Positions 39,108-52,164 of a DNA stretch of 64,000 nucleotides are shown here, in pieces. The position numbers were made by a program, and so were the translations under genes. The DNA lies in NCBI GenBank assembly GCA_963675755.2, contig CAXXMD010000001.1, forward strand, positions 127,209 to 191,208. Direction: 5' to 3'. Source of the stretch: a bacterium (lineage in GTDB: Bacteria > Zhuqueibacterota > Zhuqueibacteria > Residuimicrobiales > Krinioviventaceae). Under the pieces are notes generated by a model. That model saw nothing but the letters and a program-made list of their open reading frames with translations. It was not told the origin of the DNA and searched no databases. The stretch's first letter is position 1, and each line of letters begins with the position of its first letter.

Positions 39108-42100
39108 TTGAAAGGATGTGATTCTTTGGCCGTTCGTCCAAAAAGAGAAAGAAAGACATTTGCCCAAATCAAGCCGGTCTCAGAGTTACCGGACTTGTTG
39201 GATGTGCAATTGAAATCTTTTCGAGATTTCTTGCAGCATGATGTATCACCGGAACAACGCAAAGATCAGGGATTGCAGGCTGTTTTTACAGGTATTTTTC
39301 CAATTGTAGACAGTCGTGAAAATTTTGAATTAGAGTTTATCGAATACTATATAGATCCCCCAAAATACAATGTTGATGAGTGTCAGGAGAGAGGTACAAC
39401 TTTTTCCGTCGCTTTGAAAGCTAAATTGCGTTTATCCATCAAAGATGAATATGATCAAAATAATCCTCTGGCTAATTCAATTGAGCAGGATGTTTATCTT
39501 GGTAATATTCCTGCTATGACAAACAGAGGTACGTTCATCATAAATGGTGCAGAGCGAATCATTGTTAGTCAATTGCATCGTTCTCCCGGTGTGTTTTTTG
39601 ATGAAATTATCCACCCCAATGGCACAAAGTTGTATTCCGCAAGAATTATCCCACTACGTGGATCCTGGATAGAGTTTACAACAGATATTTACGATCTTAT
39701 GAATGTTTTTATTGATCGTAGAAAAAAATTCCTTGCCACAACCTTGTTACGTGCAATTGGTTATTCTTCTGATCGTGAAATTCTTGAAGCATTTGATTTA
39801 ATACAGACACTTGAAATTGCTAAAATCTCTGATGACGATATTGTTGGAACAAAGGTAATTGATGATGTTATTGATGTTGAAACCGGCGAAGTCATTATAG
39901 ATAAATATGGTGAAATTGAAGAAGATAGAATACAATTGATTAAAGATCTTGGTATTAAATCTGTTGAAGTTTTGAAAACAGACAAGATTTTTGGTCAAGA
40001 TATTGTTAGTAATACATTACAAAAAGATCCTACCAATTCACAAGCTGAAGCATTGGATCTTATTTACAGACAACTTCGTTCAGGTGAACCACCTGATACC
40101 GATACCGCAAAAATGTTGATTGAACGCCTTTTCTTTAATCCAAAACGTTACGAGTTGGGTGAAGTAGGGCGTCATCGTTTGAATCGTAAATTGGGAATTG
40201 ACATTGACGCGGATAACGTTGCCCTTACACGTGAAGATATATTGGGTATTATTGGATACCTGTTGGATTTACGTTTGGGACGTAAAACTGCTGATGATAT
40301 TGACCATTTGGGTAACCGTCGTGTTCGTACAGTAGGTGAACAACTGTCAGCCCAAATGAGTGTAGGTCTTGCCAGAATGGCACGCACCATTAAAGAAAGA
40401 ATGAACCTGCGTGAAAGTGAAAATCCAACTCCACAGGATTTGGTAAATGCAAGAACCATTCTTTCTGTCATTAATACATTTTTCGGTACAAGTCAGTTGT
40501 CGCAATTTATGGATCAAACCAATCCACTTGCAGAGATGACTCATAAACGTCGTCTTTCTGCGTTGGGACCAGGCGGTTTGACTCGTGAGCGTGCGGGCTT
40601 TGAAGTTCGAGATGTTCACTATACTCATTATGGCCGTTTGTGCCCTATTGAAACGCCTGAAGGACCTAATATTGGTTTGATTTCATCGTTAACTACTTTT
40701 TCCCGCATTAACGATTTTGGTTTTCTTGAAGCGCCCTATCGTGTAGTTGAAGATGGAGTTGCTACCAATAAAATCGATTATCTGACTGCAGATGAAGAAG
40801 AAAAGCACATTATTGCTCAGGCAAATGCACCCTTGGATGAAAAAGGTGCTTTTGTTAATGATAAGGTGAAATGTCGTCATCGTGGTGAATTTCCATTATC
40901 TTCCCCAGAAGAAATTAAATATATGGATGTATCACCCAACCAGATAGTTTCAGCAGCAGCCGCTTTGATTCCATTCCTTGAACATGATGATGCAAACCGT
41001 GCATTAATGGGATCAAACATGCAACGTCAGGCAGTACCTTTGCTGGTACCTGAGGCACCTATGGTAGGTACCGGAATGGAAGGAAAGGTTGCCAAAGATT
41101 CACGTGCTGTTATATCATGTGATGTTGATGGTGTTGTTGAATATGTTGATGCTAAAAAGATTGTTATTCGCAAGACTATTAGTAAAGACCAGGTAAATGA
41201 ATTAGATCAGTTGCTTGATTTTGATCAATCTGATTTATATACATACAAGCTGACAAAGTTCAAACGTACCAACCAGGATACATGTATAAACCAAAGACCT
41301 ATTGTTGATTTAGGTCAGGTTGTTAAGAAAGGTGAAGTTATTGCTGATGGTGCTTCTACGGACCATGGTGAACTTGCTTTAGGACGCAACGTTTTGGTTG
41401 CATTTATGCCCTGGAGAGGTTACAACTTTGAGGATGCTATTGTTATTTCTGAACGTGTTGTACGTGATGATGTATATACATCCATTCATATTGAAGAGTT
41501 TGAACTGCAGGTACGAGATACAAAACGTGGCGAAGAAGAACTCACACGTGAAATTCCCAATGTCAGTGAAGAAGCTACCCGAGATCTCGATGAAAATGGT
41601 ATCATCCGGGTTGGTGCTTCAGTACAAGCTGGTGATATTTTAGTTGGTAAAGTTACTCCGAAAGGTGAGACTGATCCTACACCTGAAGAAAAGTTGCTTA
41701 AAGCAATTTTTGGTGAAAAAGCTGGTGATGTGAAAGATGCTTCTTTGAAAGGTTCACCTGGATTAAAAGGTGTAGTAATTGATACCAACTTGTTCTCCAG
41801 AAAGAAAAAAGATTCTGCAACCAAAAAGAAAGACAAAGCTGATCTTGAAGCATTGGATGCTTGGCTTGAAAAATCAAGAAATCAGGCTTATGCTATGCGG
41901 ATTGAAAAACTTTCAGCAGTTTTGTTGTCTAAAACGGTTGATCAAATTCGTGATATTGAATCCGGTAAAGTTATTGTAAAAGCTAATACCGTTTTAAATG
42001 AACGCAATTTGGAAAAAATTGATTTTGATAAAGTTGATTATTCTTATACGCTTACAACAGATGAAGAAACCAACTCTTTGATTAATCAAGTTGTATCTCG

Positions 42101-42950
42101 CTATAAAAAGAAACTCAAAGACATTGATAATGAATATGAACTGAACAAGTTCAAGGTTGTAGTTGGTGATGAATTACCTCCAGGTATCACTCAACTGGCC
42201 AAAGTTTATGTTGCTAAAAAACGTAAACTCATGGTTGGTGATAAAATGGCTGGTCGTCATGGTAACAAGGGTGTTGTTTCGAACATTGTTCCCATGGAAG
42301 ATATGCCCTACCTGCCAGATGGCACTCCAGTGGATATTGTATTGAATCCTCTTGGTGTACCTTCTCGTATGAACTTGGGTCAGATATTGGAAACAAACCT
42401 TGGCTGGGCTGCTGAAAAGCTGGGTTGTAACTTTGCTACACCGGTATTTGATGGTGCTTCACTTCAACAGATTGAAGATAAAATGGTTGAAGCTGGATTG
42501 CCCGCTCATGGTAAAACAAGGTTATTTGACGGAAGATCAGGTGAACCTTTTGATGAAGAAGTTACAGTTGGAAAGATTTATATGCTGAAACTTTCTCACT
42601 TGGTTGAAGACAAGATCCATGCCCGTTCTATTGGACCGTACTCTTTGATTACACAACAACCTCTTGGTGGTAAGGCTCAATTTGGTGGTCAACGTTTTGG
42701 AGAAATGGAAGTCTGGGCGCTCGAAGCTTATGGAGCTGCATACACATTACAAGAAATCTTGACTGTCAAGAGTGATGATGTTCGTGGACGTTCCAAAACT
42801 TATGAAGCCATTGTTAAAGGTGAAAATATTCCTGAACCTGGTTTACCTGAATCATTTAATGTATTGATTCGTGAATTGCAGGGATTGGGATTGGATGTAC
42901 AACTGCTTAATGAAAAACAAAAACCGAAAACAGTTGGTACACAATCATAA
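39108..42950 (+). CDS. rpoB: DNA-directed RNA polymerase subunit beta
   Basis: About 1280 aa with all conserved beta regions (e.g. [53 protein letters not shown]). The start may instead be the in-frame TTG at 39126, which has AAAGGA 9 nt upstream. Confidence 0.97.
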   Translation: MKGCDSLAVRPKRERKTFAQIKPVSELPDLLDVQLKSFRDFLQHDVSPEQRKDQGLQAVFTGIFPIVDSRENFELEFIEYYIDPPKYNVDECQERGTTFSVALKAKLRLSIKDEYDQNNPLANSIEQDVYLGNIPAMTNRGTFIINGAERIIVSQLHRSPGVFFDEIIHPNGTKLYSARIIPLRGSWIEFTTDIYDLMNVFIDRRKKFLATTLLRAIGYSSDREILEAFDLIQTLEIAKISDDDIVGTKVIDDVIDVETGEVIIDKYGEIEEDRIQLIKDLGIKSVEVLKTDKIFGQDIVSNTLQKDPTNSQAEALDLIYRQLRSGEPPDTDTAKMLIERLFFNPKRYELGEVGRHRLNRKLGIDIDADNVALTREDILGIIGYLLDLRLGRKTADDIDHLGNRRVRTVGEQLSAQMSVGLARMARTIKERMNLRESENPTPQDLVNARTILSVINTFFGTSQLSQFMDQTNPLAEMTHKRRLSALGPGGLTRERAGFEVRDVHYTHYGRLCPIETPEGPNIGLISSLTTFSRINDFGFLEAPYRVVEDGVATNKIDYLTADEEEKHIIAQANAPLDEKGAFVNDKVKCRHRGEFPLSSPEEIKYMDVSPNQIVSAAAALIPFLEHDDANRALMGSNMQRQAVPLLVPEAPMVGTGMEGKVAKDSRAVISCDVDGVVEYVDAKKIVIRKTISKDQVNELDQLLDFDQSDLYTYKLTKFKRTNQDTCINQRPIVDLGQVVKKGEVIADGASTDHGELALGRNVLVAFMPWRGYNFEDAIVISERVVRDDVYTSIHIEEFELQVRDTKRGEEELTREIPNVSEEATRDLDENGIIRVGASVQAGDILVGKVTPKGETDPTPEEKLLKAIFGEKAGDVKDASLKGSPGLKGVVIDTNLFSRKKKDSATKKKDKADLEALDAWLEKSRNQAYAMRIEKLSAVLLSKTVDQIRDIESGKVIVKANTVLNERNLEKIDFDKVDYSYTLTTDEETNSLINQVVSRYKKKLKDIDNEYELNKFKVVVGDELPPGITQLAKVYVAKKRKLMVGDKMAGRHGNKGVVSNIVPMEDMPYLPDGTPVDIVLNPLGVPSRMNLGQILETNLGWAAEKLGCNFATPVFDGASLQQIEDKMVEAGLPAHGKTRLFDGRSGEPFDEEVTVGKIYMLKLSHLVEDKIHARSIGPYSLITQQPLGGKAQFGGQRFGEMEVWALEAYGAAYTLQEILTVKSDDVRGRSKTYEAIVKGENIPEPGLPESFNVLIRELQGLGLDVQLLNEKQKPKTVGTQS

Positions 42951-43018
42951 TAAAGTAGAAAATGCCGAATTGCCTGCAAAGGTATACCAGGCTCAACAAT
43001 AGAGTTTGGAGGTGAATT

Positions 43019-46000
43019 TTGACATATATGATCGGACAAGAAACTCCGACTAAAAGTACAAAATTTAACGCTATTTATGTGGGATTATCGTCCCCAGACA
43101 AAATTCTGGAACGTTCCCATGGAGAAGTAACCAAACCGGAAACAATAAATTATCGTTCATTCAAACCTGAAAAAGATGGTTTGTTTTGTGAAAAGATTTT
43201 TGGACCGGTTCGTGATTATGAATGTCATTGCGGAAAATACAAACGTATTCGTTATAAAGGTATTGTTTGTGACCGTTGTGGTGTTGAAGTTACAACAAAG
43301 AGTGTACGCCGTGAAAGAATGGGGCATATTCGCCTTGCTGTTCCGGTAGTTCATATTTGGTACTGGAAGTCTCTGCCATCCAAGATCGGTTATGTTCTTG
43401 GTATGAGCATGAAAAACCTGGAACGTGTGATTTATTATGAATCATATGTTGTTATTAATCCGGGAACAAGTGGACTTGCAGAAAAAGATTTGATCAATGA
43501 AGATGAATACCTGAAAATTCTCGAACAGGTCCAGGAAACTGAAGCCGAGTTACCCAATGAAGAGCGTTTCCGCGCTGAAATGGGTGGACAAGCAGTTCTT
43601 GAATTGTTAAAACAGGTAAATGTTGATAAATTATCCAAAGTATTACGTCATGCGGTTAACAATGAAACTTCATTGCAACGTAAGGCTGATGCTTTGAAAC
43701 GACTCAAAGTTGTTGAAGCTTTTAGACGTGCAAATAAAGACCGTGAAAATCGTCCTGAATGGATGATTATGACAATAATTCCGGTTATTCCACCAGAATT
43801 GCGTCCACTAGTACCTCTTGAAGGCGGTCGTTTTGCAACTTCTGATTTGAACGATTTGTATCGTCGTGTAATTATCCGTAATAATCGTTTGAAAAAATTA
43901 CTTGAAATCAAAGCACCTGAAGTTATCCTCCGCAATGAAAAGAGAATGCTTCAGGAAGCAGTTGATTCCTTGTTCGACAATGGACGTAAGTCTGCTGCAG
44001 TTCGCAGTGATGGTAACCGTGCATTAAAGAGTCTGTCTGATATGCTTCGCGGAAAACAGGGAAGATTTCGTCAGAACCTTTTAGGTAAACGTATTGATTA
44101 TTCAGGTCGTTCAGTAATTGTTGTAGGTCCTGAGCTCAAGCTTCATCAATGTGGTTTGCCAAAAGAAATGGCCTTGGAACTTTTCAAGCCCTTTGTAATA
44201 CGTAAACTTGTTGAGCGTGGATTGGTGAAAACCGTAAAAAGCGCTAAAAAACAGGTTGAGCGTAGAGGTGCTGAAGTTTGGGACATTCTTGAAGAGATCA
44301 TTGATGATCATCCAATCATGTTGAACCGCGCCCCGACCCTGCATAGGTTAGGTATTCAAGCATTTCAACCTGTATTGATTGAAGGTAAAGCGATTCAGTT
44401 GCATCCATTAGTATGTTCAGCATTTAATGCTGACTTTGATGGTGACCAGATGGCTGTTCATGTACCTTTATCATTTTTCGCTCAGATTGAAACAAAGATA
44501 TTGATGCTTTCAAGTCACAATATTCTTTCTCCTGCTAACGGTAGACCGCTGGCTATTCCAAGTCAGGATATTGTTTTAGGCATCTATTATTTAACCAAAC
44601 GTCGTAAAGGCGCAATCGGTGAAGATAAAGAATTTTCTTCCACAGAAGAAGTGGTTATTGCCTATAACGACAAACGTGTTGATTTACATGCTAATATTAA
44701 GGTTAGAATAAATGGTAAAATGATCAATACGACTGTTGGTCGTGTGATTTTGAATGATATTTTACCAAAAGATCTCAGATTTGTTAATGAACTTTTGACT
44801 AAAAAAGCTACTGAAGCTTTGATTGCTCGTGCTTATACGCAATTGGGCAACTATCATACAGCTGTACTGCTGGATGATATTAAAGAACTTGGTTTTACTT
44901 TTGCTATGAAATCTGGTTCTAGTATTGGTATCTTTGATGTAATTGTGCCTGATGAAAAAGATCAGCTGTTAGATAAAGCTTTTGGCAATGTTGAAGCTAT
45001 TCAAAAACGATATGAACGTGGTATCATCACTGATGGTGAACGTTACAACCAGATTATCGATATCTGGACACATACTACGAGTGATGTTGCTGAACGAATG
45101 TTTGTACGCCTGAGAAACGACCGTGATGGATTTAATCCAATTTATATGATGGCCGACTCTGGTGCCCGTGGTTCAAAAGAACAGATTCGTCAGCTTGCTG
45201 GTATGCGTGGGTTAATGGCTAAACCACAGAAAAAGATGACCGGTCAGATGGGCGAAATTATTGAAAGTCCTATTACCGCGAACTTTAGAGAAGGATTGAC
45301 AGTACTCGAATACTTTATCTCTACTCACGGTGCTCGTAAAGGTTTGGCTGATACCGCTCTTAAAACTGCTGATGCGGGTTATCTTACTCGTCGTCTTGTT
45401 GACGTTGCCCAGGATGTAATTATTACCATGGTTGACTGTGGTACTATTTTGGGATTACGTGTAGGAGACTTGAAGGAAGGTGAAGAAATTATTGAAACAA
45501 TGCAGGACCGTATAACGGGTCGTGTTGTTGCTGAAGATGTTTTTGATCCTGAATCTGGTGATGTTATTATTGAAGTAGGTAGTCTTATTACCGAAGCCGA
45601 TGCTGAAAAAATTGTAGAATCTGGCATTGAAAATGTAATGATTCGTTCAGTGTTGACTTGTGAAGCGGACCGCGGTGTTTGTGGCAAGTGTTATGGACGT
45701 AACCTTGCCAATGGCAAAATGGTTTCTATTGGTGAAACAGTGGGTGTTATGGCTGCTCAATCAATTGGTGAACCGGGTACACAGCTTACACTTCGTACTT
45801 TCCACATTGGTGGTACGGCATCACGTATTGCTGCACAATCTCAAGTAGCAACCAAAACATCTGGTACGGTTGAATGGGATGGATTAAAGACTGTTCAGCG
45901 TGAAGATGGTGATCTAATCACTCTTGGACGTAATGGCAGAATCAAGATCATGGATGATGATAACCGTGTTCTTGAAAGACTTACCGTTCCATATGGTGCT

Positions 46001-47263
46001 ACACTGCTTGTTGAAAATGGTGACAAGGTAGATAAAGGTAGTGTGATCTTTAAATGGGATCCTTATGCTGCATCTATTTTGACCAACTATGCAGGTACTG
46101 TCAAGTTTAAAGATTTACTTGAAAATGTAACATTCCGCGAAGAGCTTGATGAAACTACCGGAATGAAGCAGCGTGTTATTATTGAAACCCGAAGCCGTAA
46201 CCTGAGTCCTACTGTTCTGGTTGTTGATGGAGACGGTGCAGAATTATCATCATTTGTAATTCCTACAGGATCTTTCTTGCAGGTTGATAACGGTGATGTG
46301 GTGGATGCTGGTGACAGTCTGGTCAAAATACCACGTGAAATTTCTAAAACCCGAGATATTACCGGTGGTTTGCCAAGAGTTGCTGAACTGTTTGAAGCAC
46401 GTAAACCCAAAGAACCCGCAGTTGTAAGTGAAATTGATGGTATTGTTCGCTTTGGCGATATGAAACGCGGTGTTCGTAAAGTGATTGTAACCTCTGAAGA
46501 TGGGCATGAAGAAAAGATCTATCTCATTCCTTACGGTAAACACGTACTGGTTCATGATGGCGATTTTGTACATGCTGGTGAAAAGCTTTCCGAAGGTTCT
46601 ATTGCTCCTCACGATATTCTCGCCATTATGGGTTCAAACAAGGTGCAAGAGTACCTTGTAAATGAAATCCAGGAAGTTTATCGTCTGCAGGGTGTGCGTA
46701 TCAATGATAAGCATATTGAGGTTATTGTACGCCAGATGTTGCAAAAGGTTAAAGTTGAAGATGCTGGTGATACCATGTATCTCGAGGGAGATCAGGTTGA
46801 TCGTCTGGTATTCCTGAAAACGAATGAATATATTCGTAACCATGTAGTAATCACTGAACCTGGTGATTCAAAGTTCTCTGAAGGAGAATTGGTTAAAGTT
46901 GATGAATTTAAAGATACGGTTACAAAGTTCCAGGCAGCAGAAAAGGCTGTTCCGCAGGCGCGTCCAACTCAGCCTGCAACATTCCAACCTCTGTTGTTAG
47001 GTATTACAAAAGCATCTTTGACTACCGAAAGCTTTATTTCAGCAGCATCCTTCCAGGAAACAACCCGTGTATTAACGGATGCTTCAGTTGAAGGAAAGAT
47101 CGATAGCTTGAATGGACTGAAAGAGAATGTAGTTATGGGACATCTGATACCTGCTGGTACAGGTATTGATGAATTCCACAACATTCGGGTAATTGGTCCT
47201 GAATTAGAACTTCCGGATTCATTAGATGTTATGGAATTGGAAGAAAAAGTCTCTGAGGAATAA
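43019..47263 (+). CDS. rpoC: DNA-directed RNA polymerase subunit beta'
   Basis: Zinc motif CHCGKY..CDRCGV and catalytic [15 protein letters not shown] start 6 nt after GGAGG (43008-43012). Confidence 0.97.
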   Translation: MTYMIGQETPTKSTKFNAIYVGLSSPDKILERSHGEVTKPETINYRSFKPEKDGLFCEKIFGPVRDYECHCGKYKRIRYKGIVCDRCGVEVTTKSVRRERMGHIRLAVPVVHIWYWKSLPSKIGYVLGMSMKNLERVIYYESYVVINPGTSGLAEKDLINEDEYLKILEQVQETEAELPNEERFRAEMGGQAVLELLKQVNVDKLSKVLRHAVNNETSLQRKADALKRLKVVEAFRRANKDRENRPEWMIMTIIPVIPPELRPLVPLEGGRFATSDLNDLYRRVIIRNNRLKKLLEIKAPEVILRNEKRMLQEAVDSLFDNGRKSAAVRSDGNRALKSLSDMLRGKQGRFRQNLLGKRIDYSGRSVIVVGPELKLHQCGLPKEMALELFKPFVIRKLVERGLVKTVKSAKKQVERRGAEVWDILEEIIDDHPIMLNRAPTLHRLGIQAFQPVLIEGKAIQLHPLVCSAFNADFDGDQMAVHVPLSFFAQIETKILMLSSHNILSPANGRPLAIPSQDIVLGIYYLTKRRKGAIGEDKEFSSTEEVVIAYNDKRVDLHANIKVRINGKMINTTVGRVILNDILPKDLRFVNELLTKKATEALIARAYTQLGNYHTAVLLDDIKELGFTFAMKSGSSIGIFDVIVPDEKDQLLDKAFGNVEAIQKRYERGIITDGERYNQIIDIWTHTTSDVAERMFVRLRNDRDGFNPIYMMADSGARGSKEQIRQLAGMRGLMAKPQKKMTGQMGEIIESPITANFREGLTVLEYFISTHGARKGLADTALKTADAGYLTRRLVDVAQDVIITMVDCGTILGLRVGDLKEGEEIIETMQDRITGRVVAEDVFDPESGDVIIEVGSLITEADAEKIVESGIENVMIRSVLTCEADRGVCGKCYGRNLANGKMVSIGETVGVMAAQSIGEPGTQLTLRTFHIGGTASRIAAQSQVATKTSGTVEWDGLKTVQREDGDLITLGRNGRIKIMDDDNRVLERLTVPYGATLLVENGDKVDKGSVIFKWDPYAASILTNYAGTVKFKDLLENVTFREELDETTGMKQRVIIETRSRNLSPTVLVVDGDGAELSSFVIPTGSFLQVDNGDVVDAGDSLVKIPREISKTRDITGGLPRVAELFEARKPKEPAVVSEIDGIVRFGDMKRGVRKVIVTSEDGHEEKIYLIPYGKHVLVHDGDFVHAGEKLSEGSIAPHDILAIMGSNKVQEYLVNEIQEVYRLQGVRINDKHIEVIVRQMLQKVKVEDAGDTMYLEGDQVDRLVFLKTNEYIRNHVVITEPGDSKFSEGELVKVDEFKDTVTKFQAAEKAVPQARPTQPATFQPLLLGITKASLTTESFISAASFQETTRVLTDASVEGKIDSLNGLKENVVMGHLIPAGTGIDEFHNIRVIGPELELPDSLDVMELEEKVSEE

Positions 47264-47271
47264 AAAAAGAC

Positions 47272-47300
47272 TTGATTTTTGAAAATTAAATTATTATATT
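47272..47300 (+). promoter_or_regulatory. sigma70-type promoter of the str operon (TTGATT-17-TATATT)
   Basis: AGACTTGATTTTTGAAAATTAAATTATTATATT, located between the rpoC stop and rpsL. Shares the ACTTGATTTT motif. Confidence 0.5.
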
Positions 47301-47331
47301 TTTTAGCTATGACGTTTTATAGGAGGTTTTT

Positions 47332-47703
47332 TTGCCAACTCTAAATCAACTGGTAAGAAACGGTAGAAAAAAGATCGTTAAAAAAGGTACTTCTCCTGCG
47401 TTGACTGGTTCTCCGCAACGACGTGGAGTTTGTACTCGTGTTTATACTACAACACCCAAGAAACCAAACTCTGCACTTCGTAAGGTTGCGCGTGTTCGCT
47501 TGACCAATGGTTTTGAGGTAACCGCTTATATTCCTGGTGAAGGTCACAATTTGCAAGAACACTCTATTGTGATGATCCGCGGTGGACGTGTTAAGGATTT
47601 GCCAGGTGTAAGGTATCATATAATTCGTGGTGTGCTGGATACCAGTGGTGTACAGGATCGCAAGCAAAGTCGATCCAAATACGGTACAAAGGTTAAAAAG
47701 TAA
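47332..47703 (+). CDS. rpsL: 30S ribosomal protein S12
   Basis: [30 protein letters not shown] start after AGGAGG. Confidence 0.97.
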   Translation: MPTLNQLVRNGRKKIVKKGTSPALTGSPQRRGVCTRVYTTTPKKPNSALRKVARVRLTNGFEVTAYIPGEGHNLQEHSIVMIRGGRVKDLPGVRYHIIRGVLDTSGVQDRKQSRSKYGTKVKK

Positions 47704-47722
47704 TTAAAATAGAGTTTGCTGA

Positions 47723-48193
47723 ATGTCTAGAAGAAAAAAAGCTGCAAAAAGAAAAGTATTGCCAGATCCAAAATTCAATAATATTCTTGTAACAAAGTTT
47801 ATTAATGGATTGTTAAAAGGCGGTAAACGCAGTGTAGCAGAAAAGATTTTTTACAATGCGGTTGACATTGTTGCTGAAAAGAGCAATGCAGATGGTCTCG
47901 CTGTTTTTGAAAAAGCAGTAGAGAATGTAAAACCTATACTTGAAGTTCGTTCCCGCCGCGTTGGTGGTGCGACCTATCAGGTTCCTGTAGAAATTCGCGC
48001 TGACAGACGTCAAGCGCTTGCCATCCGTTGGCTAATTAATTATTCAAGCAGCCGTTCAGAAAAAACAATGGCTGAAAAGTTAGCTAATGAATTGTTTTTA
48101 GCTTATAAAGGTGAAGGCGCATCTATTAAAAAGCGTGAAGATACGCACAAGATGGCCGAAGCTAATAGAGCTTTTGCTCATTTTAAATGGTAG
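47723..48193 (+). CDS. rpsG: 30S ribosomal protein S7
   Basis: [18 protein letters not shown].. and a C-terminal ..[10 protein letters not shown]. Confidence 0.97.
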   Translation: MSRRKKAAKRKVLPDPKFNNILVTKFINGLLKGGKRSVAEKIFYNAVDIVAEKSNADGLAVFEKAVENVKPILEVRSRRVGGATYQVPVEIRADRRQALAIRWLINYSSSRSEKTMAEKLANELFLAYKGEGASIKKREDTHKMAEANRAFAHFKW

Positions 48194-48428
48194 TTTGATC
48201 GAGTATAGATTTGCCGGTCTTGCAGTCCAACTCCAATCCAAGTGCTTTACGATTATGGAATTATTCAGGACTGGAAAGTAGTTGCAGAGACTTGGCGTAA
48301 GGTTGTTTTCCCTGTGTAGAATGTTACCACATTCTTTAAATTCAGGTGACAATTTGCTACGTCATGTTTTTGTTAGCTATTGGCATCTGAGGTTAGTTTA
48401 ACCTATATTTAAAGATTGTGGTTTTTTT

Positions 48429-50513
48429 ATGTCTAAAGGTAAAACGTTAGAAAATTTCCGTAATATTGGCATTATGGCCCATATTGATGCGGGAAAAACC
48501 ACAACCACTGAACGGATTTTATACTATACTGGCAAAGTTCATAGAATTGGTGAAGTTGATGATGGTGCTGCAACGATGGATTGGATGCAGCAGGAAAAAG
48601 AAAGAGGTATTACAATTACCTCTGCGGCTATCTCTTGTAGCTGGAAAAAACATCAAATTAACATTATTGACACGCCAGGACATGTCGATTTTACTGCTGA
48701 AGTTGAACGTTCTTTGAGAATACTTGACGGTGCCGTCGCAATTTTTTGTGCTGTCGGTGGCGTTGAACCCCAATCAGAAACTGTTTGGTTGCAAGCTAAC
48801 AAGTACAAGATTCCTCGAATTGCTTATGTTAACAAGATGGATCGTGTTGGTGCTGATTTTTTCAATGTTATTGAAATGATGAAAAGCAGATTATCAGCCG
48901 AACCTATTGTGATACAATTACCAATTGGTGCTGAAAGTGAATTTAAAGGTATTATTGATCTTGTACGAATGAAAGCAGTGGCATATGATGAGGCTTCGTT
49001 TGGTTCCAGTTGGGATGAAGTTGAAATTCCTGCCGACATGATGGAAACCGCTGAAGAATTTCGAACTTTGATGATTGAATCGCTTGCTGATTATGATGAT
49101 AGTATCATGGAAAAATATTTGTCTGGCGATGAAATTCAGGAAAGTGAAATTTTAACTGCTCTTCGAAAAATAACATTGGGTTATAAAGGTGTTCCTGTAT
49201 TATGTGGTTCATCAGTTAAAAATAAAGGTGTACAGCATTTATTGGATGCAATTGTAAACTTTTTACCCAGCCCATTGGATGTTCCTAGTATAATTGGTGT
49301 TAACCCCTATACTAACAAAGAAGAAGAGAGGCATTCAGACGAAGAGGAACCTTTTGCTGCACTCGCATTCAAGATTGCAACTGATCCATATGTAGGACGG
49401 TTGACTTTTATTCGTGTTTATTCTGGAAGTATTGAGGCAGGTAAAGTTGCTTTAAATACTGAATCTGAAAAAAAAGAAAGAATCGGACGAATACTTGTCA
49501 TGTCTTCCAATAAGCGGCAAGATGTTCAAAAAGTTTCGGCTGGTGAAATTGTAGCCATAGTAGGACTAAGAGAAACAAAAACAGGTGATACGCTTTGTGA
49601 TATAAAAAATCCTATTTCTCTAGAGAGAATGAGTTTCCCAGTTCCTGTTATTTCGGTTGCAATTGAACCCAAGTCAAAAGCTGATGAAGAAAAATTGATT
49701 AATTCTTTGAATATGCTTGCTGAAGAAGACCCTACTTTTGAATTTAAGACTGATCCTGAAACTGGTCAAATGGTTATTTCGGGAATGGGTGAGCTTCATC
49801 TTGAAATTTTAACAGACAGATTGTTTCGTGAATTTAAAGTTCAGGCGAATGTTGGTAAAACGCAGGTTGCTTATCGTGAGACAATAACCAAGACTGTTGT
49901 GAGCGAGATCAAGTTTGCACGACAGACCGGTGGTAAGGGACAATTTGCTCATATTGTAGTTGAATTTGAGCCAACCGAACCGGGTGTTCATTTTCAGTTT
50001 GAAAATAAAATTACCGGTGGTGATATACCCAAAGAATTTATAAAACCGGTTTCTGATGGAATTAAAGAATCAATGGTGAGTGGTGTTATTGCAGGTTATC
50101 CTGTGATTGATATAAAAGCTTCATTGATTGATGGTTCTTTTCACGATGTTGACTCTTCCGAATTGTCATTCAAGATCGCAGGATCAATGGCATTGCAGGA
50201 TGCGGTTCGAAATGGAAAATCCATTTTAATGGAACCAATGATGAGTCTCGAGGTTGTAACACCTGAAGAATATTTTGGAACTATTTTAGGTGACCTTGGT
50301 GTGAGAAGAGCAAAGATTGAGGGACATGAAAAAAGACACGGAGCCCAGGTAATTGATGCAATTGTACCTTTGGCGGAAATGTTTGGGTATGCAACTGCCC
50401 TTAGGAACATGTCTCAAGGACGTGCATATTTTACAATGCAATTTTCAAATTATATTAAAGTTAGTGAAGAGGTTGCCAAAAAGCTTCTCGAGAAAATGGG
50501 GCTTGCGGCTTGA
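48429..50513 (+). CDS. fusA: elongation factor G
   Basis: [28 protein letters not shown]. 694 aa. Confidence 0.98.
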   Translation: MSKGKTLENFRNIGIMAHIDAGKTTTTERILYYTGKVHRIGEVDDGAATMDWMQQEKERGITITSAAISCSWKKHQINIIDTPGHVDFTAEVERSLRILDGAVAIFCAVGGVEPQSETVWLQANKYKIPRIAYVNKMDRVGADFFNVIEMMKSRLSAEPIVIQLPIGAESEFKGIIDLVRMKAVAYDEASFGSSWDEVEIPADMMETAEEFRTLMIESLADYDDSIMEKYLSGDEIQESEILTALRKITLGYKGVPVLCGSSVKNKGVQHLLDAIVNFLPSPLDVPSIIGVNPYTNKEEERHSDEEEPFAALAFKIATDPYVGRLTFIRVYSGSIEAGKVALNTESEKKERIGRILVMSSNKRQDVQKVSAGEIVAIVGLRETKTGDTLCDIKNPISLERMSFPVPVISVAIEPKSKADEEKLINSLNMLAEEDPTFEFKTDPETGQMVISGMGELHLEILTDRLFREFKVQANVGKTQVAYRETITKTVVSEIKFARQTGGKGQFAHIVVEFEPTEPGVHFQFENKITGGDIPKEFIKPVSDGIKESMVSGVIAGYPVIDIKASLIDGSFHDVDSSELSFKIAGSMALQDAVRNGKSILMEPMMSLEVVTPEEYFGTILGDLGVRRAKIEGHEKRHGAQVIDAIVPLAEMFGYATALRNMSQGRAYFTMQFSNYIKVSEEVAKKLLEKMGLAA

Positions 50514-50561
50514 TTATAGATAAAAATTTATTATAAAATACAAATTTAAGGAGAATTTGTC

Positions 50562-51752
50562 ATGGCAAAGGAAAAGTTTGAGCGAACAAAGCCTCATGTG
50601 AATATTGGTACAATTGGTCACGTAGATCATGGAAAGACCACTTTGACGGCAGCGATTACTCAGACATTGAGCCGTCAGGGACTGGCCCAGGCTAGATCCT
50701 ATGATGAAATTGACAATGCGCCGGAAGAAAAGGCACGTGGTTTAACGATTAATGTGCATCATGCTGAATATGAGAGTAAAAATCGTCATTATGCCCACGT
50801 AGACTGTCCGGGTCACGCTGACTATGTAAAGAATATGGTAACCGGTGCAGCGCAGATGGATGGAGCAATACTGGTAGTGAGCGCGGCAGACGGCCCCATG
50901 CCTCAGACTCGTGAGCACGTATTGCTTGCCCGTCAGGTAAACGTACCTTATTTGGTAGTATTTTTGAACAAGGCAGATCAGGTAGATGATCCTGAGTTGC
51001 TTGAGCTTGTAGAGCTTGAAGTACGTGAATTGTTGAGCCAGTACGAATTCCCAGGCGATGACATTCCAGTAATAACTGGTAGTGCATTGCAGGCTCTTGA
51101 GAATCCGGAAGATGATGCAAAGATTCAACCGATTCTTGACTTGATGGATGCAGTTGATACTTATATTCCAGAACCGGAACGTGATATTGATAAGCCCTTC
51201 CTGATGCCGGTAGAAGATGTATTCTCAATTACTGGTCGTGGAACTGTAGCAACCGGTCGTATTGAACGCGGTATTGTTAAAGTACAGGAAGAAGTAGAGA
51301 TCATTGGTCTTGGTTTGAAGAAAAAGACAGTATGTACTGGCGTTGAAATGTTCCGTAAGCTTTTGGATCAGGGTGAAGCTGGTGATAATGCAGGTCTGTT
51401 GCTTCGTGGTGTTGATAAAGAAGAGATCGTTCGCGGTATGGTAATCGCGAAACCAGGCTCAATTACACCTCACAGAAAATTTCAGGGCGAGGTTTACGTA
51501 CTGAGTAAAGAAGAGGGTGGACGTCACACACCATTCTTTAATGGATACCGTCCCCAGTTCTATTTCCGTACCACTGATGTAACTGGTGCAGTAGAACTTC
51601 CTGAAGGAACTGAAATGGTAATGCCTGGCGATAATGTAACTATTACAGGTGAATTGATCACCGATATCGCTATGGAAGAAGGATTGCGTTTTGCTATCCG
51701 TGAAGGTGGCCGCACAGTAGGTGCCGGTGTTGTAACTAAAATTATTGAATAA
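50562..51752 (+). CDS. tuf: elongation factor Tu, copy 2 (tufA-like position after fusA)
   Basis: Protein identical to copy 1. By eye the DNA differs at about 7 synonymous sites plus the stop codon. Confidence 0.98.
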   Translation: MAKEKFERTKPHVNIGTIGHVDHGKTTLTAAITQTLSRQGLAQARSYDEIDNAPEEKARGLTINVHHAEYESKNRHYAHVDCPGHADYVKNMVTGAAQMDGAILVVSAADGPMPQTREHVLLARQVNVPYLVVFLNKADQVDDPELLELVELEVRELLSQYEFPGDDIPVITGSALQALENPEDDAKIQPILDLMDAVDTYIPEPERDIDKPFLMPVEDVFSITGRGTVATGRIERGIVKVQEEVEIIGLGLKKKTVCTGVEMFRKLLDQGEAGDNAGLLLRGVDKEEIVRGMVIAKPGSITPHRKFQGEVYVLSKEEGGRHTPFFNGYRPQFYFRTTDVTGAVELPEGTEMVMPGDNVTITGELITDIAMEEGLRFAIREGGRTVGAGVVTKIIE

Positions 51753-51793
51753 TGAATAGTTATTTTGAAACTATGAGATTTGGAGATAAATAA

Positions 51794-52102
51794 ATGGCGG
51801 GTCAAAAAATTCGCATAAAATTAAAAGCATACGATCATCGTTTGATTGACAAGTCTACAGAGAAAATCATCAAAACTGCAAAACAGACAGGTGCTATGAT
51901 TTCTGGTCCTATTCCACTGCCTACTTGTCGGTCAGTATATACTGTTTTGCGTTCACCTCATGTTGATAAAAAATCACGTGAGCAGTTTGAAACCCGTATC
52001 CACAAACGTCTTGTAGATATTTTAAATTCATCTCCCAAGACAGTGGATGCACTGATGAAGCTGGAGTTACCTGCCGGCGTAGATGTAGAAATTAAAGTGT
52101 GA
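51794..52102 (+). CDS. rpsJ: 30S ribosomal protein S10
   Basis: [30 protein letters not shown]. Confidence 0.97.
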   Translation: MAGQKIRIKLKAYDHRLIDKSTEKIIKTAKQTGAMISGPIPLPTCRSVYTVLRSPHVDKKSREQFETRIHKRLVDILNSSPKTVDALMKLELPAGVDVEIKV

Positions 52103-52164
52103 TCAAATTAATCAACGTAAATTTGACCTGTAATTGAAAGCTTAACTATTATTTCGGAATATCC

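Noticed and set aside
48098-48352. 84-aa minus-strand ORF in the rpsG-fusA spacer as a possible explanation for the long gap
   Set aside because: It runs antisense into the rpsG coding region, has no RBS and no recognisable family, and would be transcribed against one of the strongest operons. The spacer is reported as unexplained non-coding DNA instead.
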